A stretch of DNA of 32,231 nucleotides from assembly GCF_001194135.2 (NCBI RefSeq), contig NC_068982.1:63037284-63069514 (forward strand), given 5' to 3'. Within the stretch, counting starts at the first letter, position 1. The number at the start of each line of letters is the position of its first letter. This DNA comes from Octopus bimaculoides. Its lineage: Eukaryota. A program made the position numbers and the translations under genes. Positions 1 to 13,350 of the stretch are shown here, piece after piece. Under the pieces are notes generated by a model. It saw only the letters and a program-made list of their open reading frames with translations. It was not told the origin of the DNA and ran no database searches.

Positions 1-8
1 TTATTATT

Positions 9-553
9 GAGTGAGAGAGCAGTGCATGCCATCAAAGTGACACTGGGCTAAAATATACGAAGCCCATTATACCCATCATGACTACCCGTCTGATAAAGGT
101 ACACCAGGCACATGCGTCACAACCATATGTGCACGACATGGTGGTCTCATATCAAGATAAACAGCGCATGACCTCGCAGGTGGAGCCCAGTTAGAATTTT
201 CTTCAGGTCGAGTAGCCCATTCCGCTCAAAAGGTCCCTAAATAAGGTTTGTTTAAGGATGATGAGTAAAACACCCATGTTTCCAAAGGTAAATTATTCAA
301 ACCCCAAAGAATTCCTCTCAACACATGGCTACAATGCTCCCCCACTACTTCTGCTCATGATTAGAGAAGCACATATCGTCAGCCACCAAGGGACATGCTC
401 AGCTGGTTAAGTTCAAACAACTGACAAGCAAATCTGTGGTATTGAGCAGAATATTTGCTGTAGCCTATCTTTTATACAATGTGCATGATAACACTTCCAG
501 TCAATTAAGATCAGAAGCCATGGAAGCCACTGCCTGGTACTGCATCCGGGCAT

Positions 554-554
<1 letters not shown>
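9..554 (-). mobile_element. ~550-bp noncoding interspersed repeat, probably a non-autonomous retroelement, with a (TAA)n tail at the window edge and (TAA)n at the other end
   Basis: Higher-complexity, ORF-less segment bounded by TTATTATT at 1-8 and (ATT)n at 552-593. It resembles an abundant octopus repeat as I recall it; no search was run. Strand is inferred from the tail. Confidence 0.55.
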
Positions 555-584
<30 letters not shown>

Positions 585-606
585 TATTATTATGTCATCT
601 TATTAA

Positions 607-826
607 GGCGGCGAGCTGGCAGAATCAATAGCACGCCGGGAGAAATGCTTATGGGTATTTCGTCAGTCGCTACGTTGTGAGTTCAAATTGTGCTGAGGTC
701 GACTTTGCCTTTCATCCTTTCGGGGTCGGTAAAATAAGTGCCAGTCGAGCACTGGGGTCGATGCAATCGATTATCCCCTTCCCCCTAAATATCAGGCCTT
801 GTGCCTATAGTAGAAAGGATTATTAT
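607..826 (+). mobile_element. tRNA-derived SINE, family A
   Basis: Head GGCGGCGAGCTGGCAGAATC (A-box-like), B-box-like GAGTTCAAATT, central GTCGACTTTGCCTTTCATCCTTTCGGGGTCGGTAAAATAAGT, and ATTATT tail. Homologous to the copies at 26084-27293 and 29310-29400. Confidence 0.85.
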
Positions 827-3670
827 GTCGTCATATCATTCCGTCACCTTATCATTCCGTTGATTATTATTCTGCTACATACTATAATTCCACTAACTAG
901 TTGAATTATAGTACGTTACAATTCCCTTTATTGCGTTTCTTTTACCATTTTGTTTCCTAAGAGCCTCAATGAAACTGGTTAAATAATCGTAGCAACACCC
1001 AGGATATTTGTGAGTTCATCATTAATTTTGTTGTGTTCTGTGTTAAAATAAACATTTCACTGACCTCAGATGCAGCAGTTGAGTACAAAAACGAAAGAAA
1101 GGGGAGAACAGCAAGGTAAGGCAGAGGACTAATTGGCATTCACGAAGTAATTTAACAGTTTGCTGTGCTGAGATTGAATTGCCTAACACAAGAAATAATG
1201 ATTAGTTCGATTTCATCCAAATATGGTAACAACGATGATTTTACATTTAGCACCAAGGCACATATTTCACGGGAGAACACATGTGAATGAAGTTGACTCC
1301 AGTGTTCGACTAGAAGGCATTTTATCAACCATAGGTATATGAAACTGCAAATCGACCTTGTTTTATGAATTCATGGCTTAAACGTGCATAACGAAATAAC
1401 GCTAGGCATTTTGTCCGCTGTTCTGCCAATTGTCTTATATGTTAACAAAACAATTTTCTCACATATGTTGCTCTGTCACTTGCATGAAAAACCAATGTCA
1501 AAACGACCCAAGTAAGAAATATATTAAGAAGAAATACTATTTAATAATATATGTTAATGTTACGTTTTTCTTTTTTATTACGTTATAACTCTTGTTCACT
1601 TTTCCTGTTGGATGGACTTTTAGAGAAAAATATCTAAAACTCTACACAAAATAATTAAGTCTCACTGACTGTTCAAAGCAGATGTCTTTGTCTGGTGAAT
1701 AAATAGCTGATTCTTTCAGTCAGAAGGTCAAAAGAAGACGTGAGAAAATAATAGTTTGAAGATGTGTAAGAAAAATGGTGAATCTTTTCCTTTTTGCTAG
1801 TCAAATGTTGCATAGCCATTATCCTGTCAGTATCCGGTGTATTAGAGACATTGTCAGTCTGTGGTCAAATTAGGGACCAAGAAGAGCAAAAGAACGACTA
1901 AATTGGCAAAGAAAAAGAAAAGAAGAGTCAATTTTTGTAACTGCAGCCTCACTCATTAATCGAATAGATTCAGTCGAGTGAAATAATCATAGAGCTTGGT
2001 TGATTTCGACATTACTGTTAAACACACCAGTGCTGCATGTGGAAATAATAACACGGACACACTAACTCTGCTAAATAATAGCGGAACTAATTCATTTCTT
2101 TATCTTCTAAGTTTCTCCTGTTTTTCATTGCCACACAAATGCATCTGTTGTTTGTATGTTGTTGTTGGCTTCCATTTCTTCGTCTCATCTCCTCTTACAA
2201 GGTTTCTCATCTTCTTCGAATGTTTTTTTCTTGTTCCTGCTATATTATCGAAAATCTGTAACGGTGAATAGTTTCTGATCCGGATTACAAATTTAAATAC
2301 ATGCAGATATACGCACACACATGTACACACACAGCACACATATCACGACATCACATAGAGTAACAACCCTGCATAGGATAACACATGTTAGCTTTGTTTG
2401 AATAAAGTTATGTTGTTCAGCCCCAGGTGGAGTAGCTCTGATTGGAAAGGCAAAATGGCCAAATGTGCTTAAACAGAAATCATCCCGTTCTTTTTTTTTC
2501 TATTCAATAGTAGTATAGCCTATGTATTCTTCCTTATTTAAACTTTAGAGTGTGGCTTGAAGTATATCATGCTGCTATTTTTAGCAAGTGTAGAGGCTCC
2601 CACACGCGGTTAGAACAAACATATTACAAAACGAGTTGGTCGATAATAGGACTTGATCAATGCTGGTTCAGTTTGATGTTTTGATTCCCAATGGTTACTG
2701 GTTGTATAATATGCAACATTGGTTCTATATCAAATATTTTTTTTATTTTTTGTTAGTGGAGTGATTAATGTAACATTTTGTGTACATTGACGTGTTTGTT
2801 TCATTTATTTCGTAAGATTTCAAAACATTGGAGAACGGTGAAACCACACCTCGTTATTAATCTCTAGCAGATGGACACTATACTGGAAATACATCTTTCA
2901 ATTTCGTAAACTGCGTGGCATACAATAGTCTGACTCTAAAAATGTGATTTTCAATGCAAGCCTATTTCCCATAGGAGAAAACATAGTCTGAGATGCCATT
3001 CACGAATCTTTTAGTTATGTCTTTTGTGACAAAGATAACATCTATTATAGATAATGGTAAATTTTCTTTTTCTTTATTCTTAAATTTTACTTTCTTTACT
3101 ACGCCTGAGAAAAAAAGTACAATGGTTATGTGGATTGATGTTGAGTGAATTGTGATATATATCTACAAAACTCCAAATAATTCGGTTTGTAGTTTATAAT
3201 TCATAATATTATAACATCGTATCTTACGAAAATTGCTTGAAATTTAAATTCTTCAATGAAAATAGCTCATTTTAAAGTTAATTTTTAAAGTTAAAACATA
3301 CGAAAATAAAGGCTATGGAAGAAAGAATGTTTTAAAATGAAGCGTTATTAGAATAAACTGATGTTCTACTTCAAAACAGAAAGCTGCGACAAATTATAAA
3401 TTACGGACAACATAAAATAGTTTGATATTAATTTGATCTCCATAACTCAGTAACTATTATTATAGTTTTCCAGCGATTTGTCTCTGAGAACAGCTTCATT
3501 CTCTTTCACTATCATTCTCTATCCACTCCTTTCGTTCACTCAGTCTATCTCTCTAAATATCTTCCTCTCTTCCCCCTACCTCCTCTCCCCCTCCTCTAAA
3601 TCTCCTTGCCTCTAACCTTTCTCCTGCGTTTAACGCAGTATATTTCTTTTACCTGTCAGCGAGATCAATG

Positions 3671-3707
<37 letters not shown>

Positions 3708-4144
3708 ACTCTCTCATTCCCTCTTACTCCCTATTCTTTGCCGATTTGCCTCTTACTACAACTATATTTCTGCTTAACAAGTTTCATTTCTCTCTTTTTA
3801 CCTCTTCCTTTCAACTAAGTGTGACACACACCACAGGTACGTACGTACGTAACTACGTAGATATTAGCATATTAAGATTACAATTTTTATAACTTGGAAA
3901 TAAATTTGGGAATAATCGAAATAAATTGTGAAATTGAGCGAAAGTAACCCATGAAATAGAAATAATTATTTGTACGAAAAGTAAGGACCTACGTACATCA
4001 AATTGTCTTTAAATTAATTGGCGGCTGAAGAATTATCGTTGAACTTTCAAAAGGTAAGCTTAAATATTAATGTAATACTTAAATGCAGCGATCAATTTTC
4101 AGTTTTTCTGTAGTTTATTGTTGCCTAGTGCATACAGCAGCAGT

Positions 4145-4418
4145 ATGCTCCGTAAAAACAAATCTCCGCCAACAGAGGACCAGATGGCAATTCAAAGAGC
4201 CAAGGCTGCAGCGAGGAAAAGAAAGTCCCGTGCAAATGAAAGCCCAGATTAAACGGCAGCCAGGAGAGCTTCCAATGCTGAAAATATGCAAATACTTAGG
4301 GACTCTCAAACTCCTAAACAAGCTGCATCAAGGAGAGCATCAAATGCTCTTACCAAGAGAAGAGAAAGAGCATAAGAAACACCTGAACAAGCTGAATATA
4401 GGAGAGCTTCCAATGTTG

Positions 4419-4423
<5 letters not shown>
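4145..4423 (+). pseudogene. Decayed ORF of 23-aa STPR-like repeats, probably the N-terminus of a Helitron RepHel protein
   Basis: Frame from ATG 4145 (not in the ORF track): MLRKNKSP / PTEDQMAIQRAKAAARKRKSRAN / ESPD*TAARRASNAENMQILRDS / QTPKQAASRRASNALTKRRERA* / ETPEQAEYRRASNVVH. The period is exactly 23 aa (69 bp), with TAA stops at 4250 and 4373. It ends in a (TG)n tract. Confidence 0.65.

Positions 4424-4468
<45 letters not shown>
4422..4468. repeat. (TG)n microsatellite
   Basis: Read directly from the sequence. Confidence 0.95.
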
Positions 4469-4472
<4 letters not shown>

Positions 4473-4746
4473 AAATAAAATGAGACAACAAAGCCAAGGC
4501 TGTGTGGAATTTTCAGGATATTCATAAAGAGAAAGTTAGTCTTACAGCTGTTTCTAGGATATTAAGGATAATAGGGATGTTCGCTATAACATTTGCTGAA
4601 AATTTCTGACCTGGAATTTAGCAGTACGGTAGAATTTTTAGATCTAAAAAGGATATCGATCTTACAGCTAGGCATAACTTTCATCTTTCAGATCCATCAA
4701 CATATGGCATGCATTTTTCAACGATTTTCCACTTGATTTTATTTGG

Positions 4747-5040
4747 TGTGGAGTTGGCCTTCAAACCAAACTTAATAGCACAAGTGCAAACGTAACAACA
4801 ACACTACACGATAATCTAATTGAAAAGAAGAATTACACGGGATTATGCAAAGGCAACTTCAAACGACGCTATGCTAAGCGCCTATCTTCTTTCCGGCACA
4901 TCGACAAAATTAAAGCCACTTGGTTCGTTAGCCACGCATTGGGTTCGAAGATCAACTCTACGCAGATACAATCAAGAGGAAATTAGTAAAAAAAATCCAC
5001 TCTCTGTGTTAAGGGCTCTAGACCGCATATCCTTATTAGA
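4747..5040 (+). mobile_element. Penelope-like element remnant (degenerate GIY-YIG endonuclease)
   Basis: The frame through 4822 reads ANVTTTLHDNLIEKKNYTGLCKGNFKRRYAKRLSSFRHIDKIKAT. After frameshifts it continues SLATHW and DQLYADTIKRKLVKK. This follows the Penelope pattern YIGLTExxFKxRYxxHxSSFRH...TxLSxHIW. Confidence 0.6.
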
Positions 5041-8000
5041 TCTAAGAATTCCATCGCACTGCTAATTTTCAATCAGAAATTTTCAGCAAATGCAAACATA
5101 TGGACAGTTACTTTTGGGGGAAATGGAGAACACCACCTTCTCTAGATTGAGCAGCAATATCACTTACTTTAGACCTCTTCCGTTGATTCTATACCAACTA
5201 GTTTTATGGAAAAACATAACTCTAATTCTCAAAAAAACGTTTTTGTTCACTCTTCCACTTTTTGCATCGACCTTCTTGTGATTTTCTCGTAATTTTTCTT
5301 GTTCTATTGTCCTGATTTATCACTTGTATAGGCTATGTGTTTAGAGCCTGGAAATTGCTTGGAGACACTAGGCGTGTTATTAAACATACCTAGACAACAA
5401 CGTCAATGTATGAAGCTATTAGTAGTTCATAATTGTATACTATGTACATAAAGCAATATTTATCTCTCACCAGATGGGGAACTATTTTGTTGATCTTACC
5501 TTTACATGTTCTCTACATGTATATATCTATTATGCATTGTTCATAATGCATTTCCTATACTGTATAAAAACACGAGTTACATGGAATTAAAAATATTCCA
5601 AATTTCCCGACTTTGTTTTAATATATTCTTTGAAGATATGAATCACCAAGACGGGCAACTAATAACCACGGTGTACTCATTTAAAAAAAATATATGTACA
5701 TGCATATATTTGATTACTGGAATCTGCAAACGCGCCCCTTCCCCCCAAAGACACAGCTTGGATCATAACCCATGTATATATATATAATATATATATTTAT
5801 ATATATATATATATATATATTGTGTTTTCGAATTCAACTATGCTGTGTAAGCTGAAGAGACATGTTTCTATTGAGATATTACCTTCATTTACGGTGATGT
5901 AGTACATCAGCACTTATACCAGTTTCTGCATGTTGTGATCTGGGATTTTTTTTTTTTTTTTTGTAGTCAAATGTCTTGACCGCGGCCATAAAGCAGTATC
6001 GGGAGACAGGATACGGGCAGTTGATATCTTATTTCGTTCCCCGTATCATCAATCTTGTTGCTGGTAGTGTGCTAATATATAATACATAATAGATAACATT
6101 ATAATACAACAATATCATTAAGGAAGTATTTACAATCTTTATTACTTAGTATTCAATTATATTTCTATCACAAACATAATGACTTAGAATTTGTGAAATA
6201 ATGAATAGGTTTCTCATACAGCAAATTCAAACGCCACAAAGAAAAATATAAATTCTAAACAATTTAACATTAATAAATACTGAATTATAAAAGCAAATTG
6301 CTAGTCTGTCTAGTCTTTTATTCAGAAATCTTTATACAAAGATAGCTTAAACATTTCTAGTTTGGTTTCACTTAATCTATGTACAACCAGCATCTGGTAT
6401 TTGTATAGTATCTAACAAGACTGTTTACGTCGATAATACACTGCATAGAAATCTCTGTTGTTTGATTCTTTTCTTTTGATTTGTCATCTGTTAGTAAAAG
6501 GACACTTTATACTATGTATGAACAGTAAGTAGGACTTCTTTGGTGCCGGGATGGAACTGGCTTGATAGATATTAATCAAAGTCAATGGTTACTTAGAAAA
6601 TATATACTTTTCTCTGACACGCGAAAATACATTCACATGTATATGCATTTCATATTTATAGCCGGTGCTGTATAATGCTGTAAGGAAGAAGTAACTAACC
6701 AGCAAGTCGAATTTGCTACATTTTTTAAAACTTGCCATATGTGACTCTCGCTGTTATAAGTTCAATGATTTAATATTTGGCCCACTGAGAAGCAATAAAC
6801 AATGAAACAATTGCTTCCAAAATCGTGATCTAAAAGAAATGATAATAATAGATAAAATCGATTAAGAACATTATTTGTCCCATGAGTTAATATATATCGA
6901 ATTCAACACATTGATCATCACCCCCACCCCACCACAAAAAAAAATTCTGCAATCAGTGAAAATTGATTTTGAGTAGAAGTTAATTTTTTGCGTTGCGATT
7001 ACAGAATAAATCTCAACTTGCAAAGGCACCCGCCACATTAGTAGCCGTGAATAATGGAGAAAATATTTTTGACATCTCATTGCTCACATGGGAAAAGAAT
7101 ACATTTACGTTATGTTTGACAGCTACGTTTTGTGTTTCTCATATCCGAGTGCTCGATTTTCTGAAGACAAAACTATTCTTAAGCAGAGAAACAGTTATAA
7201 TCGTCAGAATAATCCAGTAAGTGACCGTCCGTTGAAAGTTTTCGTTTTACATTGAGAATTATTCGAAGCTAAGAAACAAAACTATATATCAAATATCTGG
7301 TCAAAGTGATAAGCAGGTAATATTATTATGACAGTATTACTAATAATATCATTATGGTAGTATTAGTTGTACAATGAAACTCTAATGTAGTCTCAGATTT
7401 AAGGGCTCCTTGGTTGTTATGTTGACATATTAAATTATTGGTGTAGCTCGTTACTGTGATAGAAATATTAGTTCCTCGTCTATCTAAAAGTAACTACACG
7501 CCATTATGAGCACAATTCATCGATTCGTTTGTGAAAGCCTTGTACAACCGAAAATTATTTTGTTAGTTTAGTTAAAATCTTAACATAGAGCAAATACCCT
7601 AGTAAAACGGACATACCTAAGGAAAAGGTCGGTTCAAATTAAATACAAGAAACTCAGTCCTTCACTAAAATCCACTGACAATTCCGCTCTTAAGTCGACA
7701 GAAACGCCGCATCATAGTGGTATGTTTATTGAATCTAAATGAGTGATAGAGCTATAACAGAAACATGTGCAAGACAACGCAGTAAAATAGGAATACCAAA
7801 TACATTCTAGTTTATCAAGATAATAAATTTAGGGTATAAAACAAGTAAATTTTCAGTGAGAAGAAGCGAATTTGTAGCAGGCCTCAGGTGTCATTCTAAA
7901 TATGTTTGAGTTTATTGCTAAAATATTCTAAGAATATATTAGTATTTGCTGCATAAATACTGTTTTGAATCGCTCTATTCCAGGAACAGTGTATTCCAAT

Positions 8001-8225
8001 CTTCTGCTTGTGATGTCTTCAAAGAGGAAGAATATATCAGATTTGTTGATGTCGGGCCATGCTGTCTGTATATGTACGTTAGAGCCGCTTGATCGGGTTA
8101 ACGTTTTTAAACGCTAATCATAAGATCAAAGAAGCAGCGGCATCTAACATCCCGTTTGCCATTATTACTCACCCTCTGGCGGGTGTGTGATGTTGACTGG
8201 CACGCTCGCGCATTCACACACTCCT

Positions 8226-8234
8226 GAATGTGTT

Positions 8235-8304
<70 letters not shown>

Positions 8305-8423
8305 TGTCTGTGCGTGTGTCTGTGTGTGTGTACGACTATTTAGCATATAAATATGTGCATACAGATACGGATATATATGTTTAGAGTAGTGAATGCGTAT
8401 GGGTATGTAGTGCAGCTGTGTAA

Positions 8424-8476
<53 letters not shown>
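8226..8476. repeat. (TG)n and (ATCT)n microsatellites
   Basis: TG tract at ~8226-8330 and ATCT tract at ~8425-8476. Confidence 0.9.
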
Positions 8477-8478
<2 letters not shown>

Positions 8479-8534
8479 ATATATTCATGGACACACAAAT
8501 ATACATACACGAACATATACATGCNNNNNNNNNN

Positions 8535-8569
<35 letters not shown>

Positions 8570-9309
8570 CAATGCAACGCACATTTATGCAAGCATCTAT
8601 ACAGACGCATGCAATGTATGTATATATCGTGTAGTGTATGGTATATGTTTTATGTATGATACATATAATAGCTGCGAGTATATGTGAGTGTTACAGTAAA
8701 GCATCCGACAGTTCAGAATGTTATAACAGAAAGAAGAGCACAGAGCATCCACACAGCACCAACGATTGCTGTAGCAGCGTTCGGTTTAATGACTTTTGCA
8801 ACGAAAATTTCCGATTTTGATAGAAATTTGCTGCTTCAGTGCACATCTGTGTTTGTTTCACTCTCAGTGGGAAAGTAATTGCTATGGATACGTAATAGAA
8901 TTGTCGGGAAAGCCTTTGGGCTCTTTTAGACAGTGAATTAAAAATAAAAGACAGCGCAGTTTTCTGCATCAGCGGGTAATGAACGTTAGGCAAGCGAAAG
9001 ACGCCATTTTGGCATCAGCCAGCCTGACTCCAGATGTTCTATGAACTGAGCAGTTATGTGGAATCAGGCTTTGAATAAGGTCGTTGGTGCCGGTAGTCCA
9101 CTCCTCACAGTTTCATAGAATATAGGCGTGGTTCCGGAAGCTATGTGTTCATCCTTCCGTGCATACACACATCCATATATGCATGCATATATACATAGGT
9201 GCCCATATACATATATACCTGCATGTATATAAACATACATATACCTATGCACGCGAACAATTCCCTACATACACACATACACGCACATATATATATCACA
9301 CACATACAC

Positions 9310-9358
<49 letters not shown>

Positions 9359-10688
9359 TACACACACACATATATATCACGTACATACACGTGTATAACA
9401 CGCGTATATATACATTCATTATGTACTTATCCATTCGCATGTATGTATAAGTATATCTTCAAGAAGATATATATATAAGTATTNNNNNNNNNNNNNNNNN
9501 NNNNNNNNNNNNNNNNNNNNNNNNNNNNNNNNNNNNNNNNNNNNNNNNNNNNNNNNNNNNNNNNNNNNNNNNNNNNNNNNNNNNNNNNNNNNNNNNNNNN
9601 NNNNNNNNNNNNNNNNNNNNNNNNNNNNNNNNNNNNNNNNNNNNNNNNNNNNNNNNNNNNNNNNNNNNNNNNNNNNNNNNNNNNNNNNNNNNNNNNNNNN
9701 NNNNNNNNNNNNNNNNNNNNNNNNNNNNNNNNNNNNNNNNNNNNNNNNNNNNNNNNNNNNNNNNNNNNNNNNNNNNNNNNNNNNNNNNNNNNNNNNNNNN
9801 NNNNNNNNNNNNNNNNNNNNNNNNNNNNNNNNNNNNNNNNNNNNNNNNNNNNNNNNNNNNNNNNNNNNNNNNNNNNNNNNNNNNNNNNNNNNNNNNNNNN
9901 NNNNNNNNNNNNNNNNNNNNNNNNNNNNNNNNNNNNNNNNNNNNNNNNNNNNNNNNNNNNNNNNNNNNNNNNNNNNNNNTACATATGCACACACACACAC
10001 ACACACATATACACATGTATTTATGTTTGCGCGTTTGTACGTAGATGTATAAGATGTGCGTATGTATGCATGCATATTAGTGCAAAGCATTATACTTGTT
10101 TGCATATGCAAGTGTTCGTATGCAGGAATCCTGTGCTTGAATGCATTTTGCGCTAAAAGAATGAAAAGGGTAATAACTATAATAAAAAAAAACAGGAGTA
10201 TGTAAAATTGGAAGGGAGAGTCAAGTATTTTAGGGAAAAAATCATACTACAACAACTACAGCCTCAACAACAATAAAAACTAAAAACTAGAACGAGAAAA
10301 ACAGCTAGAGTTATATTAGAAACGTGAACAAAAACAAATTAACAAAAACAAAAAAAAAACACGATAATAAACATAGTCAACAAGAGAGCAAATTCGTGTG
10401 ATAGAGAGATAGAGAGTAAGAGATAGAGAATGAGAGAGGGGGAGATAGGAAACGTCAAAAAAGCGACTAAGCGTGAAAGAAAAATACACGCAATAAAAGA
10501 AAATTTCGTTGGATGATTTAGAAGAGCAAGCAAGATGTATGGCTGCCTGTCAGAGAATAGCATTCAAATATGGCTTAAATGTAACTAAGTTTTCCGTTTC
10601 TCCTTCTTTATTTTTCACTTTCTCTTTTACTATAGTAAATTCATTCATTTTTATTGAAATTTCTTTAAACATGTTATATTCATTATTA

Positions 10689-10719
<31 letters not shown>

Positions 10720-10953
10720 CCTCTTTCAATGTGTGCGTGTGCGTGTATACATATACGGACGCACGTATATTTTTCTCAGTATTTTCATTTCGTTCACATC
10801 TTGTTTATATTCTCCACAATTTTTAGTCATTTTTTCATCTCTCATATAATATATTATTCAGTTCTCTTATATAAGTCATTCAATTTTTTATTATTATTTT
10901 ATCAAGTAATTCTTTTAGTTTCCTTCGAATTCGATAATATAATTCATTCAATC

Positions 10954-11167
<214 letters not shown>

Positions 11168-11403
11168 TCGTTCAATCATTTTGCTATATAAAAATTTTAA
11201 TGGACGTCTTTTTTCTTAAGTTTTTTTTTTTTTTTAAGAAAAAATTATACTTTATTGAATTCATTCTAGAGCGATCATTGATATTTTATTTATGTTATTT
11301 TTGCGTTTTATTATAACTTCTTCCAGAGTTTCACCACACATCACACACATGCATACACTTACATACATATTTGCGATCACATGAATGAACATAGATTCAT
11401 ACA

Positions 11404-11436
<33 letters not shown>

Positions 11437-13350
11437 GCGTTTGTGTTTGTGTGTGTGTATGTATGTATGTGTGTGTGTGTATGTATCTGTGTTCGTGTAA
11501 ATATATAAGTATATGATATTTTCACATTCACATACAAGTATGTATATATTCACATACAAATGCATATGTATGTATATATCTATCTATTCATCTATGTATC
11601 TATCTGTCAGTCTGACAGTTTGTCGGTCTGTCTGTCTCTGTCTTTCTCACCCTCTCTCTCCTTCTTTCCCCTCTCTTTCTCTCTCTCTATCTCTCTCTTT
11701 CTTCCTCTCGCTCCCTCTGTATCTCTGTTTCTCTTTCTCTTCTTCTCACTCCTTCTCCTCTTTCCTTCTCTCCCTCTCTGTATGCATTTAAAACAGAAAT
11801 AGATATCCAATACGTCACGATAGCATTCTTCTCTCTCTATCATGTAGTTCAAAGCAATATGTTGTTGCTGTTACATTTTCTAAGTTCACTTGCAATAAAA
11901 TGTTTTATGGCATAAAATATAATTCTGAATACAAAATAAGGAAAAGCACACTTATTTATACGATGTAAGTAAGCAGTGTTAGTTCATTGATCTTTGAAAT
12001 TAGGTATGAACGGCTAATGAGCTCTGTTTTATTCTTGCCACGATGTAGAACTATGATCAATGCTTTTCAAGTCGTTAGTGTAGTGTTTGTTTTTTTGGCG
12101 GTGCGGAGGTAAATGTATTCTTTTATTCTTTTATACGTTTCAGCCGTAAGGCCCAGTGTACAATAAGCTAAGTGGATTGAAGAAATGTAGATATGTAGTG
12201 CTCCATTTAGAAATATAGCGAAACGCTTACAAGAACATAAACATGCATTTTAATATATGGAATCAATTCGACAGTTTATAGGAGATAGTTGATTCTTACG
12301 CTTTACGACAGAAAATGCTTCTTTGCTTGATAGTAGAGAATACCTTCTACGTTTATTGCCAAGATGTCTCCCCTGCATTTTATAGTCAAGAATGCTAGTC
12401 ATACTTTTTGCGGTTTTCTGCTGTAAATCATTTTAGACAATCTGAGCAGCAAATCTTGACTATCATCCTATGATTATATTTGTGAAAGTTACCTTCTGAA
12501 ACCTGAAAACAGGCGAAAGTGTATTCAGTTGCCAAGAAGACAAATCTTTCACGTCATGTCAATTTTTCTTAACTCACATTCATTTCCAAAATGTCATGGT
12601 TGACAGAGAGAGCATTATCACTAATTTTGCTGGTCTGGCACACGAATCTCCTTCACAAAACTACCTACTTGAAGGTTTTATCCGTCTCTCTTGGATTGGT
12701 GGCTTCCTGTCATATTGTACTATCGCTTTGCATGCTGCTAAGATTTCTCTTTGATCGACATTACATCAACTCTTGTAAGTTCCAAGTTTTAGTTTACCAC
12801 TACTACCTTTTCTCCATGCATTTACGACTTACTTGCTAAGTCAGCAACGCCGAATCCTATGCTAAGACCATTCTTCATTCATGTGTAAAATTGTGTAACC
12901 TCAGGTCAAACCACCACTGAATCAACAAGCATTAACTTAAAAATCAAAACGAGCAATATCACTTTAAAAGATACATAGATACAGCTACTACACATATTAA
13001 GAAAGAATTATCGGATCTCACTCATTCGTAAGCAGAAACGGCCCATAGTTATAACGATCATTCAAGTTTGTTAAAAGTGTTAAAACCCCATAAGACTGTG
13101 TGTATCCGTTGGTGAATGAAAATACTTAATGTCACAAGGATTGCATCACAAAGACTGGCTTTCCTCTGCTCGATCAGTAAATCTACTAGTTCTCTACAAA
13201 ATTTAGGTGAACCTACGGTGTTCTACTCTTAAATGTGTAAGGTGCTGCTGCTACACACACAAACATTCGAATTTCAGCGAAAGAAAGACAGCTCGACTGT
13301 TTTGTATTCGAGTCACCAACCCATACACTTCAGCCACTGGTCTCTAGAAG

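Noticed and set aside
607-690. A-box and B-box motifs suggesting a tRNA gene
   Set aside because: No cloverleaf forms, and the motifs are SINE heads repeated elsewhere in the window.
4083-4478. 131-aa ORF in the track (MQRSIFSF...)
   Set aside because: It is an alternative frame over the STPR repeats; the 23-aa periodic signal is in the frame starting at 4145.
5845-5885. CTGAAGA downstream of the Penelope remnant
   Set aside because: There is no convincing stem II, GAAA or stem I partner.
8638-8820. 60-aa Cys-rich ORF with a hydrophobic start and CC...CN, superficially Ly6/three-finger-like
   Set aside because: It is too short, has too few cysteines and the wrong CC-to-CN spacing, and its N-terminus derives from TA-rich low-complexity sequence.
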